From contig OZ024746.1 of NCBI GenBank assembly GCA_964016885.1, positions 35,030,001 through 35,094,000 of the forward strand: a stretch of 64,000 bases of DNA. The letters are read 5' to 3'. The notes beneath the pieces were generated by a model. The model made no database searches, was not told where the DNA came from, and saw only the letters and a list, made by a program, of their open reading frames with translations. The number at the start of each line of letters is the position of its first letter. Within the stretch, counting starts at the first letter, position 1. The DNA is from Eledone cirrhosa. Lineage: Eukaryota. Made by a program: the position numbers and the translations under genes. This document shows, piece by piece, positions 52,918-64,000 of this stretch.

Positions 52918-53527
52918 TAATTGTTTCTACTGTTGGCACAATGCCAGCAAATACCAGTGTATTACTGGTACTTTATTTTATCGACCCCATAAGGATGAAA
53001 GGCAAAGTTAACCTCGGCGGGATTTGAACTGAGAATGGCAAGGGCCGTAACTCTATGCGTCAAAGCATGGCGTCCGATCCTCTATCGATACTGCCAATCC
53101 ACCGTCTTATTATAATATAATATAAACACGTTATTATTATATAATGACAATAATTACTGGTTATCTAAACACAGAATTATTATTATTGTGGATCATTTTT
53201 CTGACTTCATACACTGGAAAACTAAACACTGTGCATCGATATAAAACGTACAGACAATCACGACTTCCGGTATCCCACACCACGAATGAATATGACAGAT
53301 ATTTTCCAGAGGAGAAAAAGTAAGAGAATGGGAGTCAGAAAGAGACATAGAAGATGAATCGACCACAGTATGGCACTTTGTGTATCTTCCTCGAATGGAT
53401 AAAAGGCAAAATTTACCATGGATGAATTTGAACTTAGAGAGCAGAGGGCCGGAACGTACAACGCAACGCTATCTAACTGACGTTCTAAAGACTCGCTATC
53501 TATCTGAAGTTCTATCAATTCGCCGGC
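52918..53527 (-). mobile_element. SINE copies (52918-53105; decayed 53300-53527)
   Basis: Reverse complement of consensus blocks. Confidence 0.8.
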
Positions 53528-53978
53528 TTACAGTAAGCTATATGCAATTGAAATAAACAGCATTCTGACTCTCTAGCCACTTACATCTTATGTGGTGGTG
53601 CTGACGCTTACTCTAGGGTCTTTCTCGCAAGGATATCCAACTAAAGCTTTTCAATATATTCTAACTTAAGGAAACTATATTAATAACAAAAGTGTAATCG
53701 CTTCATTAAAATAGATTTCCTTATGTGCATGATGCAAAACAATAGGCGAAGAATGCCGAGTATACTTCAAATTTCATTATCAGGTCAAATGGATTCAAAC
53801 TAAGCTTTATTGTAAAAATCTATTATTATGGTTATCTGCATTGGAGTGACTAAATTTCAAATTTCTTCTACCCCAGTGATTTTTTGTCAGTGAATCGTAT
53901 GTATATATATATATATATATATGAATATATAATAATTAAGTCAAATATTTAAAATGTGGCTTCGTTTATTAAATATGT

Positions 53979-54032
53979 ACTGCTATATATATTTCGATGA
54001 AGCCATCATTGGCTGTGACCTCTTCAGGCAGT
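53979..54032 (-). ncRNA. Type I hammerhead ribozyme motif, intact core (left pLTR)
   Basis: Minus strand: ACTGC-CTGAAGA-GGT-CAC-AGCCA-ATGA-TGGCT-TC-ATC-GAAA-TATATA-TA-GCAGT. Confidence 0.8.
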
Positions 54033-54611
54033 CCGAATTGGTGTGGTAGAGACAGGTACACATGTTGTTAAAGTGTTTTACTCCGTCAATACTCCGATAT
54101 GTCCAGCTCCTGGTTGGGTTGTTATTTCTCTGAGGAACTGGAATCATATGAATTCGAACAAACGAATTTCGGCATTATAGGACACTCTCTCCTCCCATTG
54201 GTCAGTTGTGAGAACATTCCTCAGTCAATAGTCTATAGACATTTTTTCTGAGGCAAGACAATCTGTTGTGGTTGTTTTTGTTAAGTACAGCTGACCTCCT
54301 CCCTTGTGTTTATTGGTGTTAGGGGGTAAGCTGGCAGTTCAGCCTTAGTTCTACTGCTGGTGTTTTTAGAAGAATTAGTGTGTGTGGGTTGGCATCAATC
54401 CTACCACCATTTCACGTGGGGGGGGGGGGGGGGGCAAATAGATAATGAAATAAGATAAAGTAAAATGAAGAAATAAAATAAAAAATAATAAAATAATAAA
54501 ATAAGATACAATAAAATGAAGAAGTAAACAAATAAATAAAAAAAACAAAATAGAATAAAATGCGTGTCTGTTATAGCCAATATCAAATATCAAAGAAGAA
54601 ATAAAAAAGGG

Positions 54612-55285
54612 ACCATAGATACCGCAAGATCTTCAACAGACACACTGTAAAGCTCTCATATTGTACCACGCGAAATGTTGTCCAGCACAGAGCTAGCATC
54701 AATAGGTGTAGACATAAAAACCATACACAACAGGAAGCTGGCAATATAAGCACCCGGCAGAACCATTTGGAGGGAAAGAAGGGTCGACCCAGTAACCCAA
54801 ACAGACCCAAGGACCCCCCACCGGGCCCGGGGAGGACCACCATATAATACGCAACGGGAACCCTACATTAGGCAGGCGGAGGTCGACCACCTCCTGCAAC
54901 TGCAGAAACCCAGCATTATACCCCCTTAGTAATGAATGCCTAAGGAAGAACTTAATATACGGATGTAGAGTAAAAAGTCCCAATTCAGAAACCTTTACAT
55001 AGGAGCCTCATCAACGAGCTTTAAGGACCGGTGGTATAACCATCACCATTCCTTTAATAGGAAGACAAAAGGAAAAGTACGGCTCTTTCCGAACTGATCT
55101 GGAAGCTCAATCTGGACAGGACCCCGTACTCTCTGGCCTTGACCAAAATCAGGAAAGTACCACCTGATAAAGGGGGATCTGGCATCTGCAAACTATGTCT
55201 GAGCGAGACCCTCGAGATACTCAACGGTGGAAGCAGCCTGATAAACGTCAGAACTGACTTCTCCGGGACATGTAGACACCCCAAG
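54612..55285 (+). pseudogene. Penelope-like RT-linker and GIY-YIG endonuclease remnant (frameshifted)
   Basis: HRYRKIFNRHTVKLSYC; CNCRNP..PLSNECLRKNLIYGCRV; YIGASSTSFKDRWYNHHHSF; TALSELIWKL; CKLCLSE; INVRTDFSGTCRH. Confidence 0.85.
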
Positions 55286-56621
55286 CCCGGACCTTCCTCA
55301 AGCTATATGGAGAATAACAACACTTTTGGATGCAAACTTCGCTCAAGCTACAGGGACTTCCCCGGGACATGTAAACACCTCATGCTATATGGGCAACAAC
55401 AACGCATTGGGTTGGAAACTTCCCTCAAGCTATAGGGACAGTAGCCCCGAATACCGAGCCCACGGTAAATCACCCCTACACTTCCACCACCCCTACCCTT
55501 GCCTCAATCGACTCCTATGGCAACACAGACTTATGCATATGTCCATATATAGATACTGTTATTTAAGAGTGTACATGCACTGATACTTACATGTGTGTGT
55601 GTGTGTATGTGTGTGTGCGCGTATATATATATACATATTTATATATATGTGTGTGTGTGTGTTTGTATAATTTGTGTGTGTGTGGAGGGGGGTGCATATG
55701 GGATGCACCTGTGCCCGTGTTTGTGCGTGTGGGCTTGCAACGATATGGGTTGATATACACGCATATGTACTCTATGCTGAATTAAGAACTGTGGTCCTCT
55801 GAATTTCGGATTTTGAGACTCAAGTTCTGGTGTTTTACACTCCACTCTTGCCTCATTTGCTCTTAAAACGCACCACCCCATGATAGTGTAAATATTATAA
55901 TCCTTTGCACTTCCCGATTCTGAGACATAGCCTTTCTACTTCAGTCAATATTTTCCAAATCTTTCAAACTTTGATATTGGCTATATCCCACACGCACTTT
56001 ATTTTATTTTATTCTTTTATTTATTTTTTTTAAATTTATTTTTTTTTTTTTCTTCTTTGATATTAGATATTGACTATAACAGACACGCATTTTACTCTAT
56101 TTTATTTTATTATTTATTTTTTTACTTCTTCATTTTATTATATTTTATTTTATTATTTTATTATTTTTTTATTTTTATATTTTATTTCTTCATTTTACTT
56201 TATCTTATTTTATTCTCTGTTTGGCACCTCCCACCACGTGAAATGGTTGTAGGATTGATGCCAACCCACACACACTAATTCTTCTAAAGACAGCAGCAGT
56301 AGAACTAAGGCTGACCTGCCAGCTAACCCCCTAACACCAATAAACACAATGGGAGGAGGTCAGCTGTACATAACAAAAACAACCACAACAGATTGTTTTG
56401 CCTCAGAAAAGATTTCTATAGACTTTTGACTGAGGAATGTTCTCACAACTGTCCAATGGGAGGAGAGAGTGTCCTATGATGCCGAAATTCGTTTATTCGA
56501 ATTCATATGATTCCAGTTCCACAGAGAAATAACAATCCAACCAGGAGCTGGACATATCGGAGTATTGACGGAGTAAAACACTTTAACAACATGTGTACCT
56601 GTCTCTACCCCACCAATTCGG

Positions 56622-56657
56622 ACTGCCTGAAGAGGTCACCAAAATATATATAGCAGT
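56622..56657 (+). ncRNA. Hammerhead motif, damaged copy (right pLTR)
   Basis: ACTGC-CTGAAGA-GGTCACC-AAAA-TATATA-TA-GCAGT; stem II deleted and G12>A. Confidence 0.65.
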
Positions 56658-56808
56658 ACATCTTTAATAAACGAAGCTAAATTTTAAATATTTGACTTAA
56701 TTATTTTATTTTCCATTACTCCAAAGTAACAAACCAATCTGTCTGCATACTGAGGTGTCGGTAAACAACCAACATATATTCAAAATTGATATATATATAT
56801 ATACATAC

Positions 56809-57105
<297 letters not shown>

Positions 57106-57111
57106 TATATA

Positions 57112-57185
<74 letters not shown>

Positions 57186-57774
57186 CAAGATTTGTTGACA
57201 TACGAATTATATACATATATATATAAGAAAACAAACACCCGTGCATACTCACGCACACACACATATATATAAAAAAAAATGTTTCAGAGATTTTCATGCA
57301 CAGATCATTATGTTTCAAATATTACCAAGAAAACACATCCCTTCATTATCAGTTGTTAGGTCCTTAACGTTCATTCGTCACACAATATGTGACCTCCTTA
57401 ATGATTATTGCTTTTTCTCTGTGCCTTTTCTTTTTTCCGGTCATACAATGGATGACGAGAGAACTTTGAAAATGAAATTATTAATAGTGGAGAATTTTCT
57501 CCTTAAACTGAATTTCATTTCTCACCACTTTATTTATACATATCTGCAATTACCAGTCGTATTATAGTGTACTCATTCTTATGTGCTGCTTAGTATTTCT
57601 ATTGACTAATTTCTGAAAGCGTTTTAAAGCCGTTTTCTACTGCTATTCTCCATTTATTTGCCAATGCGATGGTTCATTGGTTTTCGTTGTGTAGCTTTGT
57701 TCAGCTTATGTAGTCATCTATGTTTTCTAAATTTCAGATTTTATTATTGTCATTGTACAATGATGGTAAAAAAA

Positions 57775-58425
57775 TAGAGTGGAGAATGACAACATGTGGA
57801 GTGAGAGCATTGGAAGGACGTTGGGGCATAGAGTTTCGGCCCTTTTACGTTCTGAGTTCAAATCCCGACAGGGTTAGCTTTGCCTTTCATCCTTACGTGG
57901 TCGACAAAATAAAGCATCAGTCACGCACTGGGGTCGATTTAATCGATTTTCCCCTCCGCCATAAAATTGCTGGTTTTGTGACTCTAGTAGAAATCAACAT
58001 TATCGTTGTGTAAAAGGGCAGCGGAGTGGCAGTATCTGTAGAGCGCCGGACATCATACTTCGCGGCATAGAGTTACGGTCCTTTACTTTATGAGTTCAAT
58101 TCCCGCCAAAGTTAGCCTTACCTTTTATCCGTACGGTGTCGATAAAATAAAGTACCAGTATGTACTGGGATCGATTTAATCGACTTCCTCCTCTTCTTCA
58201 AATTGCTGTCCTCGTGCTTAATATAGAAACAATGATTATCATAGTGTAATACACAATACGATTGGATAATGACAACACGGTGGAGTGAGCGTATCGGACA
58301 ACATGCTTTGGGGCATTTAGTTACGTCCCATTACATTCCGAGTTCAAATCCCACCGAGGTTAGATTTGCCTTTCATCCTTACGTTTTCGACAACATAAAG
58401 CTCAGGTAATGTACTGTGGCCGAAT
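57775..58425 (+). mobile_element. Three tandem dominant-family SINEs
   Basis: Copies at about 57775-58003, 58017-58238 and 58275-58425. Confidence 0.82.
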
Positions 58426-58886
58426 AATTATTATCTATGAATCCAGTCGTTGTTGTTTTGATTCTGTTTTTAATTTTATGAACATAATTTGTTAATCTTG
58501 AAATTATTATACCGATTCAGTAGTTGTCCTGTTACTTGTAGTTCGCAATCTCACCCTCTTTTGTTACAACATATCATATTCTGCCGTAGGTGTTTACTGC
58601 ATTAGGGTTTTCTACTTTTTCTCTATTTATCTGTTGGTTCTATGGTCATTTATTGCTATAATAATTTGTTGGTATGCTTCTCGACTGGTAACATGACTCT
58701 CTCCGCATCTAATGCAGGACTCTGGACGTCGAAAACTTAAAATAAATTAAATTCTTAATTTCACTGAGGAAAGTGAAGACAGTTCATTACTTTGGAGAGG
58801 CAACTATGTCAAAAGATGAGTGAAGATTTAAATAACCTGGTCTTGCTCTAAGGGCATATAATATACGTTAACAGCCATAAACAACA

Positions 58887-60030
58887 ACCAATGAAAACCG
58901 ATCAAAACTTTGACGGGTCGAAGATATTTCATTGTAATTTAAGCTACTGATATCACTTGAAGGCATGCTTTTTTTTTCATACAACAACTATCACAACACA
59001 TGATCTATTCGAACGAAATTGGGTGGTCACTCTTTATTCTATAAAGTCCAGCGTAATATTCCTCATATTTTCCTAATTTATATTGAGAATAATTCATTCC
59101 TAACTGCACTATAACTTGACAAAAGACAGGATGATCATGGGTTGAAGACCGCTAAAATTTGGTGTACGTATTGACAGTTGATTGGCCTCGGTTAATCACC
59201 GACAAGAAGAACAGATAGACATAAACCTTCCAGGTAATACATAGAAAGAAACATACGCAAACAAACACACTGCCCGACATACAATAAGCCAGTTGTCAAC
59301 GCAACCCATATGTAGCGTGACCATCATCTATACGATGATATTGTGATTTTTCGAACCATGGAACTGTGATTTGAATCTGGTCATTCAGTTAAATAACCGA
59401 GTATCAAACATTCTCTGTATTTAATCAGCATTCTAGACAATCGCGGGCATATTCCCACAATGTACTGCAGTACAGTGTTAACAAAGAAAACAAAAAGAAT
59501 GGCTGCGACTAAAACATATTAAACGTAGGTTTAATCAACCAGGAATGGCAGGAGTTAAAGAAACATTACAACTACTGTATCACACTTCATGTTTTATTAA
59601 GTTTGTAGCATTACATAGTAGAAAGTAGGGAAACAAAGCTATCGCGCCGGACAAAACAGTATATTTATACCAAAGAATTTTGTTTCGTGATAGACTTATT
59701 TACAAATTCCACTCAGGGTCATTTACTTTTATGACATATCTTTTTATTTATCATTTATGATTTACTACCAATTTGCTTGAATGTCACAGACAATCTGTAT
59801 CCATTTCATATCTAAATATGTCTTCATAAATAATATAGAATAAATGAAATTACATATAAATAATTTAATTGACCCAATTTGATATATTTTGATGTATACA
59901 CACACACACACACTCACACCAATGAAAACCGATCAAAACATTGAGCCTACGAAGATATTTCATGTAATTTAAGCTACTGATATCACTTGAATGCATGCTT
60001 TTTTTTTCTTACACAAACTATCACAACACA
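58887..60030. repeat. About 113-bp direct repeat pair (58887-59000 and 59918-60030)
   Basis: ACCAATGAAAACCGATCAAAAC...TAATTTAAGCTACTGATATCACTTGAA.GCATGC...ACTATCACAACACA occurs twice. Confidence 0.85.
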
Positions 60031-60073
60031 CGCACACATATATATATATATTTATATATAAGTATATATATAG

Positions 60074-60106
<33 letters not shown>

Positions 60107-60403
60107 GGTGTGTGTGTGTGTGTTTACATATACATCCAAACTTCCTACACGACAGAGCACAGGCACGAACAAAAACTACAGAAAACAAAAGAATGCACCG
60201 GTCGTCCACAATCAAAGTTGCATATACACTAGTGTTTCAACTAACGTACGAAATATATCACGTTCAATTACAAGATGTCAGTAGATAGTGATAGGGATTC
60301 TTCAAGCGGAAGGGTTTCACGTAAGATGATGCAGAATAATACAGTAGATGTAAGGAAAGCAAACAAGGGAACAGAATAGGATGTAGGGGAAAGAAAAAAG
60401 ATC

Positions 60404-60466
<63 letters not shown>

Positions 60467-60470
<4 letters not shown>

Positions 60471-61067
60471 TACTTTGGGAGGATCATGTTGCCAATAAAA
60501 AACACACGCACCAGTTGCCTTCACTTCAATTTATTATAATAAATTTATAAATTTATGAATTTATAAATTTATAAATTTCCGGTTGGTTGGTTCCACAACC
60601 AGATGGTTGTTTATATATTGTCAAAGTTCTTTCGTCACACATTCTGTGACATCTTCAGTGACTGGGGATTCTTTTCTTTGTTTTTGTGCCTCTCCTTTGT
60701 TCTGTCCTACGCCATCTTGTTGAAAACAGATTGTGTGACGAAAGGACTTTGACAATATATAAACAATCATCTGGTTGTGGAACCAACCAACCAACCGGAA
60801 AATTATAAATTTATAAATTCCTAAATTTATAAATTTATTATAATAAATTGAAGTAAAAGCAACTGGTGCGTGTGTTTCTTATTGGCAACATGACCCTCCC
60901 AAAGTATAACAATATCGGTTTTAACACACGTTTTCAGATAAAGAATCTTACTAAACAAATTCAGAAACGAAATATATATATATGTATATATAAATGGAAA
61001 AAAATGAAACGAAATTTCATTTCTCACTCTTAGTACGGCTGTATATAAGTATCTATACGTACATACA

Positions 61068-61156
<89 letters not shown>

Positions 61157-61323
61157 ATACAGACGTACAGTAGTATGTATATATATATACACAAATGCAC
61201 ATATATATATGTACGTGTGGATTTGCCGAACATTTATTATTATGATCGGTTTGTTAGTAAACAAACATCCCGAATTAAGCCGTACAGTATTTAGCAACCA
61301 TCGTTGCCCTTTTGTTCAACACG
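60467..61323. mobile_element. Module B fold-back (60467-60720 minus, 60722-60912 plus) followed by module A fragment (about 61000-61323)
   Basis: Homology to 27940-28191 and to 27576-27770. Confidence 0.85.
60620..60662 (-). ncRNA. Module B hammerhead motif, core intact
   Basis: Minus strand: GTCA-CTGAAGA-T-GTCACA-GAATG-TGTGAC-GAAA-GAAC-TT-TGAC. Confidence 0.7.
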
Positions 61324-61483
61324 TTGATTATTAAAATTTATATTCTAATATCAATAACTCCGGAAAATTATTTTACCCTAGAGTTTTTCCAATCAACTGT
61401 AAAACTCATTCTTTGACATAATCATTGAATTTTGTTTAACTGTTCTATATATATATATATATATATATATATGCATATATTCC

Positions 61484-61630
<147 letters not shown>

Positions 61631-61677
61631 GTATATTCAGATATATATATATATATATATATATATTCTTATATATT

Positions 61678-62870
61678 CTAAGGCGGGCAAAATTCCCGAG
61701 ATCCATGGTCGAGTTCTCTCCAGCGGTCTCTGTCCCTTATTATCGCTGCCATGTCCTGCGTCTCCAACATACCAGTGTCTGTCCTTAGGGCATCAACATA
61801 CGTTAACCTTGGTCTTCCTCTTCTAGTGTGTCCATGTAGGGGCTCCCAAAGGAGCACTGAGTGCAATGTCAACTCTGGATGACGGTGAGCATGTCCAGCT
61901 AACCTCAGTCTCCTCTGTGTCACTTTTGAGCTGACTTTTGGGATGCTCCCATACAGCTCTGAGTTTTTCATCCTCAGTGTATACTGATTAATGTTCAGAG
62001 CCATCCTCAGCATTCTCGTGTAGCACCCATCCACCATCTGAGTGAGTTTCTTGGTCAGTGTCCAAGTCTCAGACCCATACAGCAGCACAGACTCCACTAC
62101 AGCAATGAAGAGGCGGATTTGCAGGTCTCTACGAAGGTCCGACTTCCACACCGATCTCAAGCTGATGCTGAGGAGGATATTATGGGGAGCTAGAACGAAG
62201 TGCCTTCCTGCGGTCATGGTTTTCATTGACTTTAGGAATGCCTTTGATTCTGTGAACCGTTACTGCCTGATGGAGACCTTACAGGCTTATGGAATCCCCA
62301 AGAAGATAGTGGACCTGATGTCACTGCTCTACACCAACACCAAAGCCCAAGTCATTACCCCTGATGGGATGACAGAGTTCTTTGAGATACTGGCTGGAGT
62401 GCTCCAGGGAGATACATTGGCTCCCTACCTTTTTATCATCGTAGTGGACTATTGTATGCGCCTTGCACTGGAGAAACACCAGGACTCTGGCTTTACTGTA
62501 GCACCGGCTCAGAGCAGGAGAGTTAGGGCGAAAAAGGTATCGGATGCTGAATTTGCCGACGACATAGTTTTGGTGACAAATACAGTGACGGAGGCAGAGG
62601 ATTTGATGCGGGATGTTGAGACTGTGTCGATGAGTGTGGGGCTGAGAATGAATGAGACTAAAACAAAATATCTGGTATAGAATGTTGAGAAGCCAGGGGG
62701 CATCTCTAATATAAGCGGGAAGCCGCTAGAATTGGTTGGGGGCTTCCTGTATTTGGGAGCAAAGATTGGGAATACGGAAGATGATGTGGTTGAGAGGAAG
62801 AGCAAGGCCTTGGCGGCGTGCCACAGCTTGAGATCGGTGTGGAAGTCGGACCTTCGTAGAGACCTGAAAA

Positions 62871-62871
<1 letters not shown>
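61678..62871 (-). mobile_element. RTE-clade LINE fragment with 5' inversion (3' part 61678-62164 on minus, RT part 62160-62871 on plus)
   Basis: Plus: FIDFRNAFDSV, GVLQGDTLAPYLF, FADDIVL, GLRMNETKTKY, FLYLG. Minus: [34 protein letters not shown]. Confidence 0.92.
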
Positions 62872-62948
<77 letters not shown>

Positions 62949-62951
62949 TTC

Positions 62952-63118
<167 letters not shown>

Positions 63119-63392
63119 TATATATATAAATGGTTAAGAGTGAAACGAAATTTCATTTCTCTCTCTTACTAGGGCTGATGCCAGAATATAAGTATGTATA
63201 CGTACATACATATATGTATACAGACGTACAATAGTATGTATATATATACATACATGCACACATATGTATATGTACGTAGCGTTTACCGAACATTTATTAT
63301 AATGTTAGGTTTGTTTGTAAAAAAATACCCTGAATTACGCCGTACAGTGCTCAGAAACCATCGTCGTCCTTTTGTTCAACACTGACACAGGA

Positions 63393-63435
63393 ACGATGTA
63401 CTAGTTTAAAGCTTATTAGCTATCGTCAGCATCAT
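63393..63435 (-). ncRNA. Module A hammerhead motif (G12>U copy)
   Basis: ATGATG-CTGACGA-TAGCT-AATA-AGCTT-TAAAC-TA-GTA-CATCGT. Confidence 0.6.
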
Positions 63436-63827
63436 ATACCTTCCTGTCAGATGATTGAACGTTTGAAAGTATATACATTCCTTATGCATATTAACGGCTG
63501 AGCAGCCTAATTTGCATATCGAGTGATTTAGTCAGCCGGGCGTACCGAAAACGATGAATGGAAAAGAATGAAACGAAATTTCATTTCTCACTCATAGTAC
63601 GGCAGAAACCTAAATATAAGTATGTATACGTACATACATATATGTGTACAGTCGTACAGTAGTATGTATGCATACATGTACATGCACACATATATATATA
63701 TATATGTACGTAGGGGTTTACCGAACATTTATTATAATTTTCGGTTTGTTTGTAAACAAACACCCTGAATTACGCCGTACAGTGCTCGGTAACCATCCTC
63801 GCCCTTTTGTTCAACACTGACACAGGA

Positions 63828-63870
63828 ACGATGTACTAGTTTCAAGCTTATTAGCTATCGTCAGCATCGT
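63828..63870 (-). ncRNA. Module A minimal type I hammerhead motif, core intact
   Basis: ACGATG-CTGACGA-T-AGCT-AATA-AGCT-T-GAAAC-TA-GTA-CATCGT: 6-bp stem I, 4-bp stem II, palindromic stem III ACTAGT, GUA triplet. Confidence 0.8.
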
Positions 63871-64000
63871 ATACCTTCCTGTCAGATGATTGAACGTTTG
63901 AAAGTATATACTTTCCTTATGCATATTAACGGCTGAGCAGCCTAATTTGCATATCAAGTGAGATAGTCGGCCGAGCGTACCGAAAACGATAAATGGAAAA

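Larger units (their letters stand above)
53931..56790 (+). mobile_element. 5'-truncated Penelope-like element with inverted pseudo-LTRs (53931-54607 and 56040-56705) and a 3' tail, in (TA)n
   Basis: About 670-bp inverted repeats, each with an HHR, enclose a GIY-YIG endonuclease remnant; an 85-bp unique tail precedes (TA)n. Confidence 0.88.
63138..63995 (-). mobile_element. Head-to-tail dimer of module A (435-bp period), one hammerhead per unit; retrozyme-like; may continue past the window end
   Basis: Units repeat at 435 bp (ACGATG at 63393 and 63828); a third unit appears to begin at about 63990. Confidence 0.85.

Overview
AT-rich, microsatellite-saturated eukaryotic (metazoan) intergenic or intronic DNA. 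The SINE and LINE complement looks cephalopod/Octopus-like, which is an inference from recalled repeat families and not from a search. I find no supportable host protein-coding gene, rRNA, true tRNA or CRISPR array. Almost all ORF-track entries are translations of (TA)n, (CA)n, (ATT)n or (GAA)n repeats. Recognisable content is retroelement debris: about 25 copies of a tRNA-headed SINE, several R4/Dong-type (RT + RLE) non-LTR fragments, RTE and L1/Tx1-like fragments, and a 5'-truncated Penelope-like element (GIY-YIG) with inverted pseudo-LTRs. The main hidden signal is a set of at least six unrelated non-coding repeat families carrying type I hammerhead ribozyme (HHR) motifs, read by eye. They sit in (TA)n tracts as fold-backs, terminally redundant monomers or tandem dimers, as expected of Penelope pLTRs or non-LTR retrozymes. 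They include U3-A8 covariant cores and one composite with hammerheads on both strands. Ribozyme calls are manual alignments to the HHR consensus and need covariance-model and cleavage tests. Repeat boundaries are approximate.
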